64,000 nucleotides of DNA from an uncultured Candidatus Saccharibacteria bacterium. Lineage in GTDB: Bacteria > Patescibacteriota > Doudnabacteria > UBA920. Below are positions 29,539 to 41,091 of the stretch, piece by piece; the stretch's first letter is position 1; each line of letters starts with the position of its first letter. The position numbers and the translations under genes were made by a program. The stretch lies in NCBI GenBank assembly GCA_964600695.1, contig CAZRKK010000003.1, forward strand, positions 86,914-150,913. Reading direction: 5' to 3'. Under the pieces are notes generated by a model, which saw nothing but the letters and a program-made list of their open reading frames with translations, did not search any database and was not told the origin of the DNA.

Positions 29539-31170
29539 ATGTCCGGATTTTTATCAAATAATCCTGCCGAACTAAGCCGAGCTTTATCAGATCAAAATAG
29601 AAGAATAGAAGAAATCCAAACCCAGAAAATGGCGATGACTTTGCATTTGCCATATTTAAATATGCAAAGCTTTCCTTTAGATTTAAACTCTTTGTCTTTG
29701 ATCACCAAAGAACAGGCAGTGGCTGCGGAGAGCCTACCTTTTTTTAAAGAAGGTAAAGATTTAAAAATTGCTACCACTAACCCAAACAACCAATTATATA
29801 CAGAGTTAGTAAAGTCTCTTGGCGAGAAATTTAAAATCAGTTCATACTTAGTTTCAAAAACTAGTTTTCTTCATACTTTACAATTTTACGAGAAGGTAGT
29901 CTTACCTTCATCAAAGTTTCAAGAAGTTATTCAGGTTGAAACTGGAGTTGATTATCTTAAGCAACTCCCAGAATTAGAGAAAGACTCTTCCAATACATCC
30001 CATCTGCTAACCACAATTTTTGGGGGAGCACTTCAACAAGACTCTTCGGATATTCATATCGAACCAGAAGATCATTTAATAAAAATTCGTTATCGTGTTG
30101 ATGGAGTTTTGCATGATGCTGTTATTCTTCCAAAAACTTTTCAACGTCCAATCATTTCTCGTATAAAGTTAATGGCCAAGTTAAAGCTAAACGTAGAAAA
30201 TGAAGCTCAAGATGGTCGCATTACTATCTTAAATGGCAAAGAACAATTAGATGTTCGTGTGTCTTCGTTGCCTTCTAGTTTTGGAGAAGCCTTGGTTATG
30301 CGTTTGTTAGGGGTTGGGGCAGTAAACTTAGATATACGAGAATTAGGCCTGCGTGGTGTTGCTTTGGATATGATTGAGGCGCAACTCAACAAACCAAATG
30401 GAATGATAATTACTACTGGTCCAACTGGAAGTGGTAAGACTTCCACCTTGTACTCATTCTTAAAAGAATTGAATGAACCAGGTGTAAAAATTATTACCCT
30501 AGAGGATCCAGTGGAGTATAAAGTTGAAGGTATTCAACAAACTCCAATTGATCACCGAGTTGATTTTAGTTTTCCTAAAGCGTTACGAGCAGTGTTGCGT
30601 CAAGATCCTGATGTTGTAATGGTGGGAGAAATCAGAGATCCAGAAACAGCGGAGACAGCTCTTCAAGCAGCTTTAACAGGGCACATTGTTTTATCTACAC
30701 TACATACCAACGACGCTACAGGGGCAGTGCCACGATTAGTGACTATGGGAGTAAAACCGTTTATTATTGCCCCAGCATTAAATGCGATAATTGCTCAGCG
30801 TTTAGTTAGAAGATTGTGCACTTTTTGTATAAAGGAAACTAAACTAGACGAAGTTTTACTTAAGAAAGTTACCCAGCATATATCAGAGATTCCTGCGGCA
30901 AGTGGTTTTGTGGTGCCTGCTGAATTAAAATTCTATACAGCCTCTGGATGCGACAAATGTGGAGGAATTGGGTATAAAGGTCGTATGGCTATTTATGAAG
31001 TCATCGAAGTAACAGACGCAATGAGAGAATTAATTTTAACCGAACCTTCTGGTTTGGCTATAAAAAAGCAAGCTTACCAACAAGGAAGTTTAACTATGGT
31101 GCAAGATGGATTAATTAAAGCCTTAGAAAAAATCACAGATGTTGAAGAAGTCTTCCGTGTGGCTGGTTAG
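29539..31170 (+). CDS. pilB: type IV pilus / type II secretion assembly ATPase (PilB/GspE family)
   Basis: Walker A TGPTGSGKTST, Asp box, His box, C-terminal CxxC...CxxC zinc site, GspE N-terminal domain. Confidence 0.85.
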   Translation: MSGFLSNNPAELSRALSDQNRRIEEIQTQKMAMTLHLPYLNMQSFPLDLNSLSLITKEQAVAAESLPFFKEGKDLKIATTNPNNQLYTELVKSLGEKFKISSYLVSKTSFLHTLQFYEKVVLPSSKFQEVIQVETGVDYLKQLPELEKDSSNTSHLLTTIFGGALQQDSSDIHIEPEDHLIKIRYRVDGVLHDAVILPKTFQRPIISRIKLMAKLKLNVENEAQDGRITILNGKEQLDVRVSSLPSSFGEALVMRLLGVGAVNLDIRELGLRGVALDMIEAQLNKPNGMIITTGPTGSGKTSTLYSFLKELNEPGVKIITLEDPVEYKVEGIQQTPIDHRVDFSFPKALRAVLRQDPDVVMVGEIRDPETAETALQAALTGHIVLSTLHTNDATGAVPRLVTMGVKPFIIAPALNAIIAQRLVRRLCTFCIKETKLDEVLLKKVTQHISEIPAASGFVVPAELKFYTASGCDKCGGIGYKGRMAIYEVIEVTDAMRELILTEPSGLAIKKQAYQQGSLTMVQDGLIKALEKITDVEEVFRVAG

Positions 31171-31255
31171 TTTAATATAGATTTGATGAGTAAATTTTGA
31201 TATCATTAAAGTAATTAAAACAAAGGTTATTAGGTGGGGATAACTAGAAAAAAAT

Positions 31256-31744
31256 ATGGAAAATAATACAGACAATGCTAATGTATTCACAAAATATCCA
31301 GCTTTGAAGATTGTTGCTGGTGTTGCTGTTGTTGTCGCCTTGTTTCTAGGTGTTCAAGAACTTAGAGATAACGGCCGACTAAGTGGAGTATTTTCGGACG
31401 CTTCATGTTATGGGTATAACTGTCAGCCATTTGTTGTCCTAGGTGGACGAGCAGTTGCTGGTGGTTACCAACCAAACCCAATCTCCTATGGAACTCTAAC
31501 GGTTCGTTCTGGAACACCAATCGAATTGACTTGGTCAGGATCCGACGTGGATCGTTGTAGAGCAGACTGGACACGATACACAGGAACTTATCTTGCTCCT
31601 ACAGTGTACGGTGCAGTAACAAGATCTCAAGTTTTTGAAGTAACTTGTTTCAAGGGCCGTGAAAGAGTTAAGAGTAATTTAAAGGTTCGAGTTTTGCGCC
31701 AAGGTGCGCCGCTTGATAGTACTAAAGAATCCGATTTACAATAA
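31256..31744 (+). CDS. hypothetical protein with N-terminal TM anchor
   Basis: 162-aa ORF; TM helix ALKIVAGVAVVVALFLGV; terminator hairpin downstream. Confidence 0.4.
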   Translation: MENNTDNANVFTKYPALKIVAGVAVVVALFLGVQELRDNGRLSGVFSDASCYGYNCQPFVVLGGRAVAGGYQPNPISYGTLTVRSGTPIELTWSGSDVDRCRADWTRYTGTYLAPTVYGAVTRSQVFEVTCFKGRERVKSNLKVRVLRQGAPLDSTKESDLQ

Positions 31745-31784
31745 ACTGATCTAAAAAACCTCTCCATTTAATTGGGGAGGTTTT

Positions 31785-33122
31785 TTATTTATTGCAGGTG
31801 TATTTATAAAAATGAGTAGAGATTTTTTGTAAACAGTGCCAAGGGTTAGTTTGTTGATCTGGGTAAAAAATCGTTGATCGCTCGTACAGGTAAAGCGGTT
31901 GAGGAAAAGAGTTTAAGAAAGATTCGTTCTTAGGGCTAACCCAAAAGTTTTGCCAGACGGGTTTGCTAAATTTATCTTCAAAAAGCCCAGCTGATGCTAA
32001 TCTTACATTACCCCCAAGATTGGCCAAAAGCCATGTCGCATCTTGAGCGCTCAAACTTAAAACAAAAGCACCTTGATGATTATCGGAAAAATCTCTTATC
32101 TCAGTAATTTCTGTTTCTGAGATTTGAGGCTTTAAATCATTTTTAGAAAATTGAACTAATCCTAATAAAGCCAAAGCTATAACTAAAATACCTATAATTG
32201 TTTGTTGTTTGGTTTTTTCTTTAAGCTCATAAATGGTAATAACATTAAAGAATATTAAGGCTAGGTCTGCATAAGCAAGTAGTCTTTGATAAAAAGTTAT
32301 TTGGAATACAATAAATATTAAACTTACACCAAGTAATCCTAACCATGGTAAGTTGGTCTTTGTCTTAAAACTTAAGTACACTCCATAACTAGCCATCGGG
32401 ATTAAATACCAGGAGTATTTTAAATAGTTAGTAACATTTAAAAATAATCCGTTCTGAACATCTGAATTTAAAAGTTGTTTGATGTAATCTCCAGCGCCGA
32501 GGAAAAAAATAAATATTAATCCGGCTACACCAAGCCCACCAATTATTAATACCTTCTGTTTTAGATTGCTAAATAAATAATAGGGGATGAGTGATAGTAG
32601 CGTGATAATTGTTGTAGTCTTGTGGCTAATAAATAATACAACCAAGGGGAGTAGTTCCCAAAAATATTTTTTATGATGTTGAATTAACAAAAAAATTAGG
32701 AGTAATAAAACTTGACCATATGCAGCTTTCCATAAAAACATAGTGAAGGTTTGATTTTGAGCAATTGATAAACAAAATAAACTTACTCCGACCAACACGG
32801 CGACTGTTCCATATTTTTTTATTTGTTCGTAAAACAAAATTCCCGCAATGACAAAAAATGAAATGAATAAAAAGTTTAAAGTTGGTAGTTGGGGTAGTCT
32901 TATCCAATTAATAAATACAAATAAATGATTTCCATAATCATTTACCCGGCCCAGAAGGTAAGCAATTGAATTTAATGGTGTGTGTTGAATAGCATAGGAA
33001 TAAAAACCATAATCATAACCGTAATTATTAAAACCTAAGGGGTGAGTTAAAAACATCACCGCAACAATAAAGATTGCGATGAGGATATATATAGATATGG
33101 AAGTTAAGATATGTTTCTTCAT
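31785..33122 (-). CDS. polytopic integral membrane protein (possible glycosyltransferase-like), hypothetical
   Basis: 445 aa with 10 or more predicted TM segments. Confidence 0.4.
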   Translation of the reverse strand: MKKHILTSISIYILIAIFIVAVMFLTHPLGFNNYGYDYGFYSYAIQHTPLNSIAYLLGRVNDYGNHLFVFINWIRLPQLPTLNFLFISFFVIAGILFYEQIKKYGTVAVLVGVSLFCLSIAQNQTFTMFLWKAAYGQVLLLLIFLLIQHHKKYFWELLPLVVLFISHKTTTIITLLSLIPYYLFSNLKQKVLIIGGLGVAGLIFIFFLGAGDYIKQLLNSDVQNGLFLNVTNYLKYSWYLIPMASYGVYLSFKTKTNLPWLGLLGVSLIFIVFQITFYQRLLAYADLALIFFNVITIYELKEKTKQQTIIGILVIALALLGLVQFSKNDLKPQISETEITEIRDFSDNHQGAFVLSLSAQDATWLLANLGGNVRLASAGLFEDKFSKPVWQNFWVSPKNESFLNSFPQPLYLYERSTIFYPDQQTNPWHCLQKISTHFYKYTCNK

Positions 33123-33217
33123 CTGTCTATATTATAAGAGGATTAGTAGAAATAGGCTAATATCTATGTGCCGACAGCTTTTTTTATATTCCAAAACAGG
33201 CTAAAATTATAATAATT

Positions 33218-36061
33218 ATGACTAAAAATTCTTCCCCAAACCGATATTTATTAATAGATGGTAATGCATTAATTCACCGTGGTTATCACGCTATTCCACC
33301 ACTTTCTAACAAGGACGGTGAGCAAACTAACGCAGTATATGGTTTTACAATGATTCTTCTCCGAGCAATTAAGGAGTTAAAACCAACCCATATCGCGTGC
33401 AGTTTTGACCTTGCTGGGCCAACTTTTAGGCATGATGAGTTTGATCACTACAAAGCCAATCGTGTTAAAGCAGACCCAGAATTGTATGATCAATTTCCTA
33501 GAGTTAAAGAGGTTGTGAGGGCTTTAAATATTCCTATTTTCGAAATAGCTGGTTTTGAAGCTGATGATGTTTTAGGTACTCTCGCAAAACATATTTGCGA
33601 AAAGCATCCAAGTGGGGATTGTGATGTGATGATAGCGACAGGAGATTTAGATACTCTTCAGTTAGTTAATAAATGTGTTAAGGTTTATACTCTTCGCAAA
33701 GGCTTAACTGATACAGCTATTTATGACGAAAAGGCAATCTTAGATCGATATGGTTTGAGCCCGATTCAAATGATTAGTTATAAAGCTCTGCGAGGTGATC
33801 CTTCTGATAATATCAAAGGCGTTAAAGGAATAGGAGAAAAAGGAGCCACAGATCTAATTAAGGAATTTGGGTCTATCGAAAATTTATATTCTGCAATAAA
33901 AAGTGGAAAGGGAATTGGAAATATTAAACCACGAACTCTAAAACTATTAGTTGATGGCGAACAAGATGCTCGCGATAGTTTTTATTTATCTACGATTATT
34001 TTAGACGTACCAATTGATATTGACATACCACAATACAAATTTGGTTCTAAGGAATTAGAATCCACTACTCAAATTTTTAGCCAACTTGAATTTCGAAGTT
34101 TACTAGATAAGTTACCAAAAAATTATGCCGGTAATTTGTCTAACAATAGTGACAGCGAAAATAACAACAAGCATAAAAAAGAAGTTGTTGGTGGTGGGGC
34201 AGTGGGTACGGACGGAGAGGATGTTGAAAATGAAGGAGAACGCCAGCCATCAGAAACTAACCTTGTAAACAACATAGGCAAGCAAGATTATACTCTAATA
34301 GATACCTCACAAAAACTAGAGCCGTTATTAAAGAAATTAGCAAAACAATCAGATGTGGTTATTGATACCGAAACCGATCAATTGAACCCAATTGATGCTA
34401 ATATTATTGGAATTTCCTTAGCCTTCACCGAAGGCGAGGCATATTATATTACTGTGGATGTTCTAAATAATAGCTCGGAGCTAAAAGATTTAATCTCTAG
34501 TGAGAAACTAAAAAAGTCTGGGCAAAACATTAAATATGATTTGGCTACTTTCCAAAACTTAGGAATAAAACTTTCACCGATTTATTTTGATACTATGATT
34601 GCCTCATATTTATTAAATGCCGGATCTCGGCAACATGGATTAGATGCACTGGCTTTTAATATGTTGGGATACCAAATGCAATCTATCACTGAACTTATTG
34701 GTAAGGGGAAGAATCAGATTTCCATGAAAGATGTGCCAGTGGAAAAAGTCTCATGGTATGCAGCAGAAGACGCTGATATCACTTTTCGAATTAAACAGAT
34801 TTTAGAAAAAGATTTACACACAGAAAAACTAGATAAAATTTTCTTTGATATAGAAATGCCATTAATCGAAGTACTGGCAAAAATGGAACGAGCTGGAATT
34901 ATTGTCGATACTAAATTTTTAGAAGATCTGTCTAAGCAAGCAGGTGTTGAACTAGCTAAGTTAGAGAAGAGTATTTACAAACATGCTGGGATGGAATTTA
35001 ATATTAATTCTCCAAAGCAGCTGCAAGAAATATTATTTGATAAACTTGGTCTTACAACAGGGAAGAAAAACAAAACTGGTATATCCACCGCCGCCAGGGA
35101 ACTGGATAGGTTGAAAGACGATCATCCTATCGTGGCTGATATTTTATACTACCGTGAATTGGCAAAATTAAAGTCTACTTACCTCGACAGTTTGCCGTTA
35201 TTGGTTAACAAGAGAACAGGACGTATTCATACTAACTATAATCAGATCATAGCTGCCACAGGTCGGCTAAGTAGTACTGATCCTAATCTTCAAAACATTC
35301 CTATTAAAGGCGAAGGGATGGGATCAAAAGTACGCCAGGCTTTCGTTGCAAAAAAAGGCTATAAATTATTAGCTTTGGATTATTCACAAATTGAACTTCG
35401 CATTGTTGCTCATCTATCTGCCGATAAGAACATGACAGACATCTTTAATAAGGGCGAAGACATTCACTCTCAGACTGCTTTGGCATTGTTTGATGTTAAA
35501 GAAAAAGATCTCACTCCGGATATGCGTCGTTATGCGAAGACTGTTAACTTCGGAATTTTATACGGGTTGTCCAGTTTCGGTTTCGCAGACCGAATTAGTG
35601 GGGTGTCTGTAGGTGAAGCCAAAGATTTTATTGATAAATATTTTGCAACGTTCCCACAAGTTGGAGATTTTCTAGAAAAAGTTAAAATGCAAGTCCGTGA
35701 AGATGCTCAAGTTACAAATCAGATTGGACGTGTTAGAAAATTTCCAGAAATGAAGTCGAGCCAGTACTTTATTCGCCAGGCTGCAGAACGAGCTGCAATT
35801 AATTTCCCAATTCAAAGTTTAAGTGCCGATATTATCAAGATTGCTATGATCGCGACTCACAAGATTCTAGAAGGGCACGAAGAAGAAATTCAGATGTTAC
35901 TACAAGTACATGATGAATTAGTTTTTGAAGTTGCAGAAGACAAGGTTAATTTTTGGGCTGATAAAATTAAACCATTGATGGAAAATGCTATCAAACTTTC
36001 TGTACCAGTTATTGTCGAAGCAAAAGCAGGAAATAATTGGGGAGAGATGGAAAAGATTTAA
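33218..36061 (+). CDS. polA: DNA polymerase I
   Basis: 5'-3' exonuclease domain, Klenow-like polymerase motifs (DYSQIELR, QVHDELV); low-complexity acidic insert at ~34140-34270. Confidence 0.9.
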   Translation: MTKNSSPNRYLLIDGNALIHRGYHAIPPLSNKDGEQTNAVYGFTMILLRAIKELKPTHIACSFDLAGPTFRHDEFDHYKANRVKADPELYDQFPRVKEVVRALNIPIFEIAGFEADDVLGTLAKHICEKHPSGDCDVMIATGDLDTLQLVNKCVKVYTLRKGLTDTAIYDEKAILDRYGLSPIQMISYKALRGDPSDNIKGVKGIGEKGATDLIKEFGSIENLYSAIKSGKGIGNIKPRTLKLLVDGEQDARDSFYLSTIILDVPIDIDIPQYKFGSKELESTTQIFSQLEFRSLLDKLPKNYAGNLSNNSDSENNNKHKKEVVGGGAVGTDGEDVENEGERQPSETNLVNNIGKQDYTLIDTSQKLEPLLKKLAKQSDVVIDTETDQLNPIDANIIGISLAFTEGEAYYITVDVLNNSSELKDLISSEKLKKSGQNIKYDLATFQNLGIKLSPIYFDTMIASYLLNAGSRQHGLDALAFNMLGYQMQSITELIGKGKNQISMKDVPVEKVSWYAAEDADITFRIKQILEKDLHTEKLDKIFFDIEMPLIEVLAKMERAGIIVDTKFLEDLSKQAGVELAKLEKSIYKHAGMEFNINSPKQLQEILFDKLGLTTGKKNKTGISTAARELDRLKDDHPIVADILYYRELAKLKSTYLDSLPLLVNKRTGRIHTNYNQIIAATGRLSSTDPNLQNIPIKGEGMGSKVRQAFVAKKGYKLLALDYSQIELRIVAHLSADKNMTDIFNKGEDIHSQTALALFDVKEKDLTPDMRRYAKTVNFGILYGLSSFGFADRISGVSVGEAKDFIDKYFATFPQVGDFLEKVKMQVREDAQVTNQIGRVRKFPEMKSSQYFIRQAAERAAINFPIQSLSADIIKIAMIATHKILEGHEEEIQMLLQVHDELVFEVAEDKVNFWADKIKPLMENAIKLSVPVIVEAKAGNNWGEMEKI

Positions 36062-36132
36062 AGTCGTTTTATTTATCGTACTTTGAGATTAAATTTATCA
36101 TAATTTTATTAACAGTATGATATGTTGAATAT

Positions 36133-37137
36133 ATGAAACTAGAAGATAAAAATACCGGAGAAATAATAATTTACAAAGAATCTACAGGCCCTGTTGTAGA
36201 AGTTAGTTTTGTAAATGAATCAGTATGGCTAAATCAGCAACAAATTGCACAATTATTTGGAACCCAGCGGTCAGCAATTACTAAACATTTAAACAATATC
36301 TTTAAATCCTCAGAATTAAGCCAGAATTCAGTATGTTCCATTTTGGAACACACTGCCACCGATGGAAAAAAGTATAAAACTAAGTTTTATAATCTAGACG
36401 CTATTGTATCTGTTGGTTATCGTGTAAATTCAATTAGGGCTACTAACTTTAGAATTTGGGCCACAAACACCCTTAATGATTATCTACTCAAAGGTTATGC
36501 AATTAACAAAGATCGGCTCAATGATCAGAATTTAGCAAAAGTTAAAGAGTTGCAATCTGCTGTGCAGCTTATTCAAACAGCCATTCGAGACAAAAAGCTT
36601 GAAGGTTACGAGAAAGAAGTATTAAATATCATCACTGACTATACGAATACTTGGACTGCATTGTATCAATATGATAAAGATAGTTTGCAACCAGAGTCGA
36701 CCACAAAGAAAATTGTTTCTGCTTTGGATTACGACAAGATCAAAAAATCTGTAGAACGTTTTAGAGATAGATTGGTAAAAGATAAGCAAGCCAGTAGTTT
36801 ATTTGGTAAGGAAGTTGGTGATAAATTAAAAGGATTGTTGGGAAATATAGAACAGTCTTTTTCTGGAAAGCAGTTATATAATTCTTTAGAAGAAAAAGCA
36901 GCTCATCTTTTATACTTTGCAATTAAAGATCATCCTTTTGCAGATGGCAATAAACGTATTGGATCGCTGATGTTTATTCTATATCTAGTAGAAAACAATC
37001 GTATTTATAATAAACGTGGAGAAAAAATTATTAACGATACTGCACTCACTGCTTTAGCTTTATTAATTGCAGAAAGTAAACCAAATCAAAAAGAAGTAAT
37101 GGTTAATCTGGTGGCTAGTTTAATAGTTAAGAATTAA
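36133..37137 (+). CDS. RhuM-family / Fic-Doc domain protein
   Basis: N-terminus ESVWLNQQQIAQLFGTQRSAITKHLNNIF...FYNLDAIVSVGYRVNS is RhuM-like; Fic motif HPFADGNKRIGS (HxFx[DE]GNKR). Confidence 0.7.
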   Translation: MKLEDKNTGEIIIYKESTGPVVEVSFVNESVWLNQQQIAQLFGTQRSAITKHLNNIFKSSELSQNSVCSILEHTATDGKKYKTKFYNLDAIVSVGYRVNSIRATNFRIWATNTLNDYLLKGYAINKDRLNDQNLAKVKELQSAVQLIQTAIRDKKLEGYEKEVLNIITDYTNTWTALYQYDKDSLQPESTTKKIVSALDYDKIKKSVERFRDRLVKDKQASSLFGKEVGDKLKGLLGNIEQSFSGKQLYNSLEEKAAHLLYFAIKDHPFADGNKRIGSLMFILYLVENNRIYNKRGEKIINDTALTALALLIAESKPNQKEVMVNLVASLIVKN

Positions 37138-37147
37138 TTAATATATT

Positions 37148-37603
37148 ATGTCTGTAGATAATCGAGAATTTTATCATGTGTCTTTAAAACTTTTTATAAA
37201 AAATTCTGAAGGTAAAACTTTAGTCTTAAAAGCTGTTGATAACGGCACTTTTGCTGGATACCATGATTTCCCCGGTGGAAGAATAGATAAAGATGAATTT
37301 AAAACTCTACTAGTAGATATTTTACAAAGAGAAGTACTCGAAGAAGTTGGTGATGTAGAAGTTTCTATTAATCCTGTCCCCGTTAGTGTGGGAAGGCATC
37401 TAATACTTTCCAAATTTACGGCGACAAAAGAAAAAGATATTCCTGTTTTGTATCTATTTTTTAAAGCAAGTTATATCAAGGGAGATCCAACTATAAGCAA
37501 TGAACATTCCGGGATAGAATGGGTGGACCTAGAAAGCATAGATTTAGAGAAGTACTTTACCTCTGGAATATTAGAAGCTGTGAAAATGTATTTAAAGAAA
37601 TAA
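37148..37603 (+). CDS. NUDIX hydrolase
   Basis: Nudix box GGRIDKDEFKTLLVDILQREVLEEVG. Confidence 0.75.
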   Translation: MSVDNREFYHVSLKLFIKNSEGKTLVLKAVDNGTFAGYHDFPGGRIDKDEFKTLLVDILQREVLEEVGDVEVSINPVPVSVGRHLILSKFTATKEKDIPVLYLFFKASYIKGDPTISNEHSGIEWVDLESIDLEKYFTSGILEAVKMYLKK

Positions 37604-37637
37604 AAAACTCCCAACAATCTTGTTGGGAGTTTTGAAT

Positions 37638-37904
37638 TTACTTTGATAGCTTTGCAATAGCTTTTGCTAAACGAGATTTCTTTCGAGAAGCAGTATTCTT
37701 GTGCAATACATCTTTTTTTACAGCTTTATCTAGTGCAGACATTGCTTTCTTTAAGCTTTCTACAGATTCTTTAGCATTGCCTTCGGCGATAAGAGTGCGA
37801 GTTGCTTTAACTGCGCTTTTGAATTTAGACTTGGTTCGCAAGTTAATAGTATTGCGACGGCGAGATTGGCGCATAGCCTTCTTCGCAGAACTGGTATTTG
37901 GCAT
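37638..37904 (-). CDS. rpsT: 30S ribosomal protein S20
   Basis: MPNTSSAKKAMRQSRRRN N-terminus; start trimmed from the ORF-track frame. Confidence 0.8.
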   Translation of the reverse strand: MPNTSSAKKAMRQSRRRNTINLRTKSKFKSAVKATRTLIAEGNAKESVESLKKAMSALDKAVKKDVLHKNTASRKKSRLAKAIAKLSK

Positions 37905-38083
37905 TTTAAAATTTAAATTATTACTTAATAAGTCCCAAAATTGGGACATTTGTTAGAAACAGCTTTTTGTTAAACCCTTATCTAAAGTGGACACGGAAGA
38001 CAGGGAAATATGTAAAGCTTTTGTATTATATAGAAAAGCCATAAAAAAAACAAGGGCAGAGCTTATTAGTCTCTGCCTCTATA

Positions 38084-38782
38084 TTACCTATGCCTTCCTA
38101 CTAAGGTGTCACAATGGGATTCTTGGCAAATAGTTAAGAGGTATTTCCCAGGTGGAAAGATGTCCCTAGAATTAGAATTAACATTAAACTCAATTTTCCC
38201 TGGTGGGGTTTGGGTAATAGTCTTCGGTGGGATTATGAAATTGGTATTAATTAGTATTATACTTGGCACGGTTGTATCAAAAATACCTTCAATCTTAATA
38301 TTATAATCAACTCCATATCCTCCAGTTTCTTTGATACTAGTGATCATTGGTTCTTTATATTGCTCCATGTAATTAACTGGAAAATATATAGATGAATAGG
38401 ATTGCATAGTTGGAGATGACGCTGTGACGGAAAAGTATAACCATGGAGTACTATAAAATGAGTTAAAATCTCCGTTCCATAATTGTATGGTCTGCCCACG
38501 TTTTAAACCTTGTTCAAATCGAAGCGGTTTAAATTGGTTTACTATTCCTTCCGAGGTTGTAGTTTGCATTTTTAGTTCTATTGGTCCAGCCATATCTTTA
38601 ACTATAACCAATACTATTTTCTTATTGTTTGTAGAAAGCAAACTATCTTCGAGCACAATTGCCATTGAGTTTGTATTATAACTTTGCGCGCAAGCACTTT
38701 GTGGGAAGATTATAAAAACTCCACACAAGGCTACACTCACATTAATAAGATAACAAACCCATTTGTAAATTAGGTTTTTCAT
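38084..38782 (-). CDS. hypothetical secreted protein
   Basis: Start set at MKNLIYKW (AAGGAG 7 nt upstream); signal peptide ends ...SACAQS. Confidence 0.5.
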   Translation of the reverse strand: MKNLIYKWVCYLINVSVALCGVFIIFPQSACAQSYNTNSMAIVLEDSLLSTNNKKIVLVIVKDMAGPIELKMQTTTSEGIVNQFKPLRFEQGLKRGQTIQLWNGDFNSFYSTPWLYFSVTASSPTMQSYSSIYFPVNYMEQYKEPMITSIKETGGYGVDYNIKIEGIFDTTVPSIILINTNFIIPPKTITQTPPGKIEFNVNSNSRDIFPPGKYLLTICQESHCDTLVGRHR

Positions 38783-38948
38783 TTTGATCTCCTTGAAATT
38801 GTAAATTCTACTCAGTCGCATCCCTAAAATATTTGGAGTGGTTTGAATAGGATTTATCATAGCAATATAGTGATAAAGATGACTTTAAGTTTTTCTCAAA
38901 GTGGAATCAGAAAAACCTCTGCAATCAGCAAAGGTTTATTAAGCAATT

Positions 38949-41024
38949 CTATTTTTTCTTGCGCATTTTTTGAATTTGTTTGATCTCGGTAATCTGGTCC
39001 CGTATTCGTGCTGCGTGTTCAAATTCTAAATTCCTTGATGCTAGATCCATTTGGTCCGTTAACTCCTCTATATATAACTTGATTTCATCCATGTTAAGTT
39101 TTGTCGGGTCAAGTTCGTTAGGATTGATTGGCGCTACGACTTCATGGCTTCCCGCTAATCGAGAATCTGTAATAGCTTTTTGAATACTCTCTGGGGTTAT
39201 ACCATGTTTTTTATTATAACTTTCCTGAATTTTTCGACGTCGAACAGTTTCATCTATAGCTGCTTTCATGGAGCGAGTTATTCTATCAGCGTACATAATA
39301 ACATGACCATTTAAATGCCGAGCGGCACGTCCCATGATCTGCATGAAAGCAGTTTCACTTCGTAAGAAACCTTCTTTATCTGCATCTAAGATCGCAACTA
39401 AAGATACTTCTGGTAAGTCTAATCCCTCTCGAAGTAAGTTAATTCCAACAATTACATCAAAAATACCTAGGCGCAGATCGCGAAGAATTTCTAAACGATC
39501 AAAGGTGTCGACTTCACTATGTAAATATTGAGCTTTAATCCCGGCTTCTTTAATATATTCTGTTAATTCTTCTGCCATTCTTTTTGAGAGGGTTGTAACG
39601 ATAACGCGTTGGCCGTTTTTTACACGGAGTCGGATTTGTTCTAGAAGATGATCAACTTGATTTTTAATTGGTTGAATTTCGATAGTTGGATCAATAAGTC
39701 CTGTTGGACGGTTGATTTGCTCAACTATGGTAATCTTTTTTAACTCATCAGGTGATGGTAATTTTTTCTTAGTCTTAGATTTAGCACTACCAGATGTTAT
39801 AAATTCATTTTCTATTAAACTTTTATTTAATTCGTATGGGCCTGGCGTGGCAGAAACGTAAACAACTTGATTTACTTTTCCTTCAAACTCAGTAAATTGC
39901 AAGGGTCGATTATCCATAGCGCTTGGTAATCGAAAACCATAATCTACTAAGTTAGTTTTCCTGGCACGGTCACCGTTATACATACCACCTATTTGGGGGA
40001 TGGTTTGGTGAGACTCATCTATAAATAGAGAAAAGTCATCTGGAAAATAATCAATTAAAGTTGCAGGTGGATCTCCTGCATTGCGTCCGTCCAATTGCCG
40101 TGAGTAATTTTCTATACCAGGGACGAAGCCAGTATTGGTAAGCATTTCCAAATCAAAATTGGTGCGTTGCTCTAACCGAGCAGCTTCTAATATTTTTCCT
40201 TGGGTTCGTAATTCTTTGAGCCTGTCTAATAGTTCGGCTCTAATTTTGTCCATCGCAATATGAATTTTTTGCTCGGTAGTTACAAAATGCTTTGCGGGGA
40301 AGATTTTTACATAATCCATTTCTTCTAAAACTTCACCACTGATCATGTGGCGGCGTTGCATCTCTTCTAATTCATCACCAAAAAATCTTAGAGTAATAAC
40401 TGTGTCCTCGGAAGATAAAACAATTTCCAAAGTGTCACCTTGGGCTCGATACGTTCCGCGGTGTAAATCATAATCGTTTCGGCCGTATTGCATATCTGTT
40501 AAACGACGAAGGAGCTTGTCTCGTTTATAACTTTTACCTTTGGATAATTCTAAAGAAAGTTCTAAGTAGTCTGCCGGATTACCTAACCCATAAATACATG
40601 AAACCGAAGCTACGATTAATACATCTTCACGAGTCATTAGTGATGTAGTGGCGGCATTGCGAAGTCGATCGATTTCTTCATTGATTTGAGTTTCTTTTTC
40701 TATAAATGTATCTGAGCGAGGGATGTAGGCTTCTGGTTGGTAGTAGTCATAATAAGATACAAAATAATGAACAGCATTTTCTGGAAAAAATTCTTGAAAT
40801 TCACTAGCCAGTTGAGCAGCTAAAGTTTTATTATGACAAATAATTAAAGTCGGTTTTTGAATCTCTGCAACTATATTTGCCATAGTAAAAGTTTTACCAG
40901 AGCCAGTTACTCCGAGCAGTGTTTGGTGTTTGTATCCCGCTTTAAGCGACTTTAACAAACCCTTAATTGCTAAAGGCTGGTCACCAGCTGGTTGGTATTT
41001 TGTGTGCAGTTTAAAGTTCATCAA
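38949..41024 (-). CDS. uvrB: excinuclease ABC subunit B
   Basis: Helicase motifs GVTGSGKT and DESH, beta-hairpin, C-terminal UvrB/UvrC interaction domain. Confidence 0.95.
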   Translation of the reverse strand: MMNFKLHTKYQPAGDQPLAIKGLLKSLKAGYKHQTLLGVTGSGKTFTMANIVAEIQKPTLIICHNKTLAAQLASEFQEFFPENAVHYFVSYYDYYQPEAYIPRSDTFIEKETQINEEIDRLRNAATTSLMTREDVLIVASVSCIYGLGNPADYLELSLELSKGKSYKRDKLLRRLTDMQYGRNDYDLHRGTYRAQGDTLEIVLSSEDTVITLRFFGDELEEMQRRHMISGEVLEEMDYVKIFPAKHFVTTEQKIHIAMDKIRAELLDRLKELRTQGKILEAARLEQRTNFDLEMLTNTGFVPGIENYSRQLDGRNAGDPPATLIDYFPDDFSLFIDESHQTIPQIGGMYNGDRARKTNLVDYGFRLPSAMDNRPLQFTEFEGKVNQVVYVSATPGPYELNKSLIENEFITSGSAKSKTKKKLPSPDELKKITIVEQINRPTGLIDPTIEIQPIKNQVDHLLEQIRLRVKNGQRVIVTTLSKRMAEELTEYIKEAGIKAQYLHSEVDTFDRLEILRDLRLGIFDVIVGINLLREGLDLPEVSLVAILDADKEGFLRSETAFMQIMGRAARHLNGHVIMYADRITRSMKAAIDETVRRRKIQESYNKKHGITPESIQKAITDSRLAGSHEVVAPINPNELDPTKLNMDEIKLYIEELTDQMDLASRNLEFEHAARIRDQITEIKQIQKMRKKK

Positions 41025-41091
41025 CTGTCAGTATAATCAATAAAATTGACAAAAGCAATCCCGTATATTATATTTTAGGGTCGTAATCACG

